Shown here: piece by piece, positions 58,873 to 64,000 of the stretch
Numbering within the stretch: the stretch's first letter is position 1
How the letters are laid out: each line of letters starts with the position of its first letter
From: Bradymonadia bacterium
GTDB taxonomy: Bacteria; Myxococcota_A; Bradymonadia; UBA7976; UBA1532
DNA length: 64,000 nt
Direction: 5' to 3'
Assembly (NCBI GenBank): GCA_046290225.1
Contig: JBKAGE010000034.1
Coordinates: 64,001-128,000, forward strand
Made by a program: the position numbers and the translations under genes
Notes under the pieces: model-generated
Database searches by the model: none
What the model was told of the DNA's origin: nothing
Seen by the model: the letters and a program-made list of their open reading frames with translations, nothing else

Positions 58873-59649
58873 TCACGCGGCGAACTCCACCCTCAAAAGT
58901 TGCCTGCCGAGGAAGACATAGTCGCCGTTCACCAGCTCCCGCTCTCCCTTGACCCGTACGTAGGTACCGTTGCGCGACTGCAGATCGGTGACCACCACCC
59001 GCTGTCGGGTGAAGTCCACCTTGCAGTGGCGACCGCTGATGAACCGATCGTCGGGGAAGTTAAGATCACAGGCCTCACGGCCGATGACCACCGAATCCTG
59101 GCGGGCCATATAACACAGCCCAGCCCGGCCACCCTCGAAGACCTGGCGAATCCGATAGGGCCGCGCTGCACGAGGGCTGGCGAAGAAGTGGGTGTTGTCG
59201 GCGCCCACCGTGTCGCCTGTGAGCTCGCTCATCTCAACTTGCAGCAGCTCTTCGCCGGCAAGGAACTGATCGCCATCCCGAAGCTCTATCGGCGCGCGGA
59301 TCCGGATGTAGACACCGTTGAGGGAGCCCTCGTCACGGACCATCAAGCGACCCGCGCTGTAGAAGAAGTTGGCGTGGCGCGGCGACAGATAATGATCTTC
59401 GGGGAACAGAATCGCCCCCGTCCGTCGTCCGGCGTGATGCTCGGCGGCGTTGAGGTGATAGCTCACCCCGTCGAGACCCTCACCACGAATCAGGACCAGG
59501 CGGGCCCGGCCCTCCGGAGGCGGCTGCTCCGCCGTGGCGGGCGCCTGAGGCCGAGGCACGTCGCCCATGGGATAGCCGCATTTGCCACAGAATTTGTGGT
59601 GGGGCGCCACATCGGCGCTGCAGCTGGGGCACACCAGCATTCCAGACAT
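58873..59649 (-). CDS. Zinc-ribbon plus tandem FHA-domain protein (paralog)
   Basis: CPSC..FCGKC; GR..SPRHA..SLNG; GR..SGRH..SRNGT; start ATG 59649. Confidence 0.88.
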   Translation of the reverse strand: MSGMLVCPSCSADVAPHHKFCGKCGYPMGDVPRPQAPATAEQPPPEGRARLVLIRGEGLDGVSYHLNAAEHHAGRRTGAILFPEDHYLSPRHANFFYSAGRLMVRDEGSLNGVYIRIRAPIELRDGDQFLAGEELLQVEMSELTGDTVGADNTHFFASPRAARPYRIRQVFEGGRAGLCYMARQDSVVIGREACDLNFPDDRFISGRHCKVDFTRQRVVVTDLQSRNGTYVRVKGERELVNGDYVFLGRQLLRVEFAA

Positions 59650-59782
59650 CGAGCACTCCTTGATCCGGCACCTGTGAGAGCGCGTCTTCGGGCCGAATGT
59701 TTCCCCTGTAATAGCGTTGGTGGGCCCTTGAGACAACTCAAGGCTTGTCACGCCGGCCGACTCCTGGCATACGCTCGCCTCC

Positions 59783-61603
59783 ATGAGTGCACCAAACCTG
59801 AGAAACATCGCCATCATCGCCCACGTGGATCACGGCAAGACCACCCTCGTCGACGGGCTGCTCAAGCAGTCCGGAACGGTCGCCGGCCACCAGCGCATGC
59901 AAGAGAGGGCGATGGATCGCCTCGATCTCGAGCAGGAGCGGGGTATCACCATTCTGTCGAAGAACACCGCGATTAAATATCGCGACACGTTGATCAACAT
60001 CGTCGACACCCCCGGACACAGCGACTTCGGCGGCGAGGTGGAGCGGGTGCTCCACATGGTCGACTCGGTGCTGTTGCTCGTGGACGCCTTCGAGGGGCCC
60101 ATGCCCCAGACGCGCTTCGTGCTGCGCAAGGCCCTCGGCCACGGCCTTCGGCCCATCGTGGTGATCAACAAGGTGGATCGCCCTGAGGCCCGCCCCGACG
60201 AGGTGCTCGACATGGTCTTCGACCTGTTCGGCGCCCTCGACGCCACTGACGAGCAGCTCGATTTCCCGGTCATCTACGCCTCGGCGAAGCAGGGCTGGGC
60301 GGTGAACGAGCTCGAGGACGAGCGCGAAGACCTGACCCCCCTCTTCGAGATGATCCTCGATCGAGTCCCCTCGCCAGAGGTGGACCTCGATGGTCCGTTC
60401 CAGATGCAGGTGGCCACCATCGGCTACAACGACTTCGTGGGTCGAATCGCCGTGGGCCGTATCGCCCGGGGCAAGGTGCTCAAGAACACGCAGGTGGCCG
60501 CCGTCGATCATGAGGGCAAGGTCCGCCGGGCCCGCATCAGTCGGCTGAACGGCTTCGTGGGCCTCGAGCAGGTGGAGATCGACGAGGCCAGCGCCGGTGA
60601 CGTCGTGGGCATCGCCGGGGTGGTGGACGCCCTCCCCGGTGAGACCTTCTGCGATCCGGCCCACATCGACGGGTTGCCCCCCATCGCCGTGGACGAGCCC
60701 ACCATCTCCATGGACTTCATGGCCAACACCGGGCCCTTCTCCGGCAAGGAAGGCCAGCACGTCACCAGCCGCAAGGTCCGCGATCGCCTGGAGAAGGAGC
60801 TGCAGTCCAATGTGGCGCTGCGCATGGAGCAGGGCGAAGAGGCCGACACCTTCCGGGTCTCTGGCCGCGGTGAGCTGCACCTGGCCATCCTCTTGGAGAC
60901 CATGCGCCGTGAGGGCTACGAGCTGATGGTGTCGATGCCCCGGGTCATCTTCCGGGACGGCCCTGACGGCAAGCGCGAAGAGCCCTACGAAGATGTCACC
61001 GTCGACTGCGGAGAGGACTTCTCTGGCACGGTGATCCAGGAGCTGAACAACCGCGGCGGTGAGATGCGGGAGATGACCCAGGCCGGTGACGGCCAGACCC
61101 GCCTCGAGTACACCATCCCCAGCCGTGGCCTCATCGGGTACCGGGGCGTGTTCCTCACCCAGACCCGCGGTACAGGCAACCTGTACAGCACCTTCTCGGG
61201 GTATGGCCCCTACCGCGGCGCCATGCAGCGCCGGGCCAGCGGGGTGATGATCGCCCAGGAGAACGGCAAGGTCACCAGCTACGCCATGGAAACGCTCCAG
61301 GAGCGTGGTGTGCTCTTCGTCGAGCCTGGCGATCAGGTCTACGCCGGCATGCTCGTAGGCGAGTGCGCCCGGGGCAAGGATCTGGTGGTGAACCCCTGCA
61401 AGGCCAAGAAGCTCGACAACATGCGTTCGGCCTTCAAAGACGTGGACACGCGCCTCAACGCCGTGCGCAAGCTCACCTTGGAAGAGGCCCTGGAGTTTAT
61501 CAACCCCGACGAGTGGGTAGAGATCACCCCCAAGGCCATCCGCGTCCGCAAGCGTCTGCTTGACCACAACGAGCGCAAACGCCTGGAGAAGAAGGGCGAG
61601 TAG
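59783..61603 (+). CDS. typA: Translational GTPase TypA/BipA
   Basis: [63 protein letters not shown]. Confidence 0.98.
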   Translation: MSAPNLRNIAIIAHVDHGKTTLVDGLLKQSGTVAGHQRMQERAMDRLDLEQERGITILSKNTAIKYRDTLINIVDTPGHSDFGGEVERVLHMVDSVLLLVDAFEGPMPQTRFVLRKALGHGLRPIVVINKVDRPEARPDEVLDMVFDLFGALDATDEQLDFPVIYASAKQGWAVNELEDEREDLTPLFEMILDRVPSPEVDLDGPFQMQVATIGYNDFVGRIAVGRIARGKVLKNTQVAAVDHEGKVRRARISRLNGFVGLEQVEIDEASAGDVVGIAGVVDALPGETFCDPAHIDGLPPIAVDEPTISMDFMANTGPFSGKEGQHVTSRKVRDRLEKELQSNVALRMEQGEEADTFRVSGRGELHLAILLETMRREGYELMVSMPRVIFRDGPDGKREEPYEDVTVDCGEDFSGTVIQELNNRGGEMREMTQAGDGQTRLEYTIPSRGLIGYRGVFLTQTRGTGNLYSTFSGYGPYRGAMQRRASGVMIAQENGKVTSYAMETLQERGVLFVEPGDQVYAGMLVGECARGKDLVVNPCKAKKLDNMRSAFKDVDTRLNAVRKLTLEEALEFINPDEWVEITPKAIRVRKRLLDHNERKRLEKKGE

Positions 61604-61621
61604 CTCGAACAGGCAAGCCTG

Positions 61622-63187
61622 CTACAAGGCTCGCTGTCGACGGCGAGCCATCTCCACCAGAGCTTGATGTACATCGGGCCACTGAGTGATCACCCGCTCG
61701 ACGTCCACCACGTCGAGCACCTGAATCAGACAGTCTGTAGACGCCTCAGCAGTGGCGGCGAGAGGATCCCGGGTGAGGGTGGACACCACCCCGAGGAGAT
61801 CACCTTCGCCGAGGACGGCGAGTGAGTGACCTCCACGGTTCACCTGCACCCTGCCCTCACAGACGATCCAGATGCCCCCGGGCCGATCCCCCTGCTTGAA
61901 CAAGGTCTCTCCCCGGCTCAGGGCCCGAGCATGGAACCGCTGGGACAAGTGGGCCCGCTCGTCCACCGGCAGCCGGTGAAACAGCGGGCTGATGGCGAGG
62001 AAGCGCGCCACCAGGCGGGTCTCGTAGAATCGGGTGAGCGTGCGGTTCACTACGGGGTAGCGCTGGCGGAGCGTCTCGAGCAGCTCACCTCTGATCACGA
62101 AGACCTCGGTGGGGGCTGCGGCGGTCACCGTGGCGCGACGAACCTGCCCCGAGAGCAGGGCGATCTCTCCAAAGAAGGCCCCCGGCTCGAGCTCGGCGAG
62201 CACCACCATCCGCGCCCCGACCCCCGTGTGCACGCGCACCTTGCCGGAGAGCACGATGTAGATGGCGTCCCCGGGCTCGCCCTCTCGTACGAGCACCTCA
62301 CGGGGCGCCGCGGTGTGGCGCTCCGCGAGGGCGATGAGCTCCACAAAGGCGCGGTGAGGCAGCGACGACAACAACGGGATGTCGGGCAGCCCACGGGGAT
62401 CAGGGTTGGACTCTGGAAGGAGACTGCCTAAGCCATCGTCGATGGTGAGGCCCGAAGCAAGCTCGTCGGGGAAGACCGCCCTGGAGACATCGGCGAAGTC
62501 TGCTTCGTCTTCGATGTGCAGGGCGGGCTGATCATCTTGAGAGCGAATCAGCTCCATGAGGGCCTGGGTCCGCGGGTCCTGGACCGCAGGTCGCCCTCTC
62601 ACCTGAGTGACCAGATGAGGATCGGCGGCTTCGACGGCTCGGGGCAACCAGTCGTCCACCTCTTCGATGTCCACATCTTCGATGTTGAGCGAGATCGTCG
62701 AGGGCGCCATGGGATCACGAGGCAGGCTGGGGCCCGCACCCGGAGCCACCTCACTCACCTCCAAGTCTGCCGGGGCTCTCACCGCCATCAGGCTCGCAGC
62801 ATCCACAGGCTCGCTCTGAGGCTCTGGAGCCATATCTACGGAGGCCCCTGCAGGCGGCGGCGTGGCCACAGTGGCCGAGAGGCCCTGGCGATGCGCCAGC
62901 TCAGGGGCCTGAGCGTACAGGCGCGCCAAGTAGAGGGCCACCTCACTGCGACCCGGATCGGCAGCGATGATCTCGTTGCACAGCCGGATCGACTCCAGAT
63001 AGTCCCCCACCCTGGCGCGGGCCTTGGCCACCATGGAGAGCTGCTTGAGGCCGAGGGTGTCCTGACCGGTGAGCAAGTAGAGGCGTCCCAGAGTCTCTCG
63101 CAGGGAGAGGTCATGGGGCATGCGCTCGAGATCTTGACGGACCTGTCGGATGCGTGCGCGCACCTGTCGGGCTTCCTGGGGATCCAT
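61622..63187 (-). CDS. TPR plus tandem cyclic-nucleotide-binding domain protein
   Basis: N-terminal TPR-like helices; FFGEIALL...RRATVTA; second degenerate cNMP domain. Confidence 0.85.
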   Translation of the reverse strand: MDPQEARQVRARIRQVRQDLERMPHDLSLRETLGRLYLLTGQDTLGLKQLSMVAKARARVGDYLESIRLCNEIIAADPGRSEVALYLARLYAQAPELAHRQGLSATVATPPPAGASVDMAPEPQSEPVDAASLMAVRAPADLEVSEVAPGAGPSLPRDPMAPSTISLNIEDVDIEEVDDWLPRAVEAADPHLVTQVRGRPAVQDPRTQALMELIRSQDDQPALHIEDEADFADVSRAVFPDELASGLTIDDGLGSLLPESNPDPRGLPDIPLLSSLPHRAFVELIALAERHTAAPREVLVREGEPGDAIYIVLSGKVRVHTGVGARMVVLAELEPGAFFGEIALLSGQVRRATVTAAAPTEVFVIRGELLETLRQRYPVVNRTLTRFYETRLVARFLAISPLFHRLPVDERAHLSQRFHARALSRGETLFKQGDRPGGIWIVCEGRVQVNRGGHSLAVLGEGDLLGVVSTLTRDPLAATAEASTDCLIQVLDVVDVERVITQWPDVHQALVEMARRRQRAL

Positions 63188-63393
63188 CTCCGTGGGGCTC
63201 CTGCATCTGCGTCTTGTGCTCTTTTTACCTACCCCGAAGGCAGATGTGAATCATCGGGATCATTGACGTCGCCTCTGCCCATGGTTACCAGTACGCTCGA
63301 AAACCGCTCGACGGGCCACCGTCGGCGACACAGCTCAACTTGTGGGCCCCCAGCGACGATAGGCGGGGTGCCCCGTAACGGGAGATGGCAAAG

Positions 63394-63696
63394 ATGGAAA
63401 CCGAGTCGAAATACCTGTGCTGGAGCTGCGGTCACGAGATCGACATGACCACCAAGGTCTCTCGACGGGACGACTGCCCGGCGTGTGGGGCAGATCTGCA
63501 CGTCTGCAAGAACTGCAAGTTCTGGGATCCGAGCTATCACAACGAGTGTCGTGAGAACATCAGCCACTACATTCGTGATCGCGAGAAGGCGAACTTCTGC
63601 ATGTCCTTCACTTTCAAGGGCACCACGGAGTTCGACGGCCAGGAGGCCGATGACGCCCGCTCGAAGCTGGAAGCGCTCTTCAAGAACCTGAAGTAG
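63394..63696 (+). CDS. Small Cys-rich (zinc-binding) hypothetical protein
   Basis: CWSC, CPAC..LH.C.NC, C..NFC; GGAG RBS favours ATG 63394. Confidence 0.75.
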   Translation: METESKYLCWSCGHEIDMTTKVSRRDDCPACGADLHVCKNCKFWDPSYHNECRENISHYIRDREKANFCMSFTFKGTTEFDGQEADDARSKLEALFKNLK

Positions 63697-63707
63697 AAAG
63701 GGTCTCG

Positions 63708-64000
63708 ATGGCTCGCCCTCTCCAGATGCCTCTCCGGGCGCTGACGCTCGGGATCTTCGTCGCCCTGCCGTGGACCGCGCTGGGGCAGGGCCGCCCCATC
63801 AGCCTCGCCGAAGAGGCCGCCCGAAAGGCCCAACGGGCCGTGGTAGATGGCGTGACCCAGCTGGCCATCAAAGAGCGGCTGCTCGCCCATCGGCCCGAGA
63901 CCTTTCACCTCGCCTCCAACAGCCTCGACAAGCCCGCCATCGAGGTGATGATCGACCTGATGGTCCTCGACGTGGCGTTGAGCATCACCGAGTACGGGGG
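63708..64000 (+). CDS. 5' part of a secreted hypothetical protein (runs off the window edge)
   Basis: Manual translation MARPLQMPLRALTLGIFVALPWTALG|QGRP..., open to the window end. Confidence 0.5.
   Translation, partial: MARPLQMPLRALTLGIFVALPWTALGQGRPISLAEEAARKAQRAVVDGVTQLAIKERLLAHRPETFHLASNSLDKPAIEVMIDLMVLDVALSITEYG

Noticed and set aside
59738..61567. 609-aa minus-strand ORF
   Set aside because: Antisense shadow of typA

Overview
GC-rich (visually about 65-68%) chromosomal window from a Myxococcota-like deltaproteobacterium. The assignment rests on HRDVSP/PEGA Ser/Thr kinases, an FHA-sigma54 activator, MYXO-CTERM-like tails, a triple bactofilin cluster and an ftsB-dmxA-like pair. About 51 CDSs, densely packed. 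Housekeeping genes: mpl, uvrA, pfkA, mutS2, sppA, pyrE, typA, PIN-PhoH, exbBD, ftsB. Signalling: 3-4 Ser/Thr kinases, a PP2C-cNMP phosphatase, FHA proteins, 2 PilZ proteins, a diguanylate cyclase and a tandem-cNMP protein. Surface proteins: a Cys-repeat lipoprotein, an IPT/TIG lipoprotein and three matrixin proteases. No rRNA, tRNA, CRISPR array or transposase was seen. Three observations are not explained by the gene set. (1) A ~520-bp non-coding element at 45857-46378 consists of two inverted ~200-nt copies. Their conserved blocks alternate with hairpins that differ in sequence but keep their pairing, with GNA/GNNA loops, tandem G-A motifs and GTAG starts. It is a candidate new REP/REPIN-like ssDNA element or structured RNA. 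(2) A two-gene operon behind a sigma54-like promoter couples an Aur1/PAP2-acyltransferase fusion to a rifampin-phosphotransferase-architecture dikinase, a candidate uncharacterised lipid-modification pathway. (3) A 14-bp hairpin with a possible alternative pairing buries the pfkA Shine-Dalgarno sequence and start codon. All products are motif-based calls made by eye; no database search was run.
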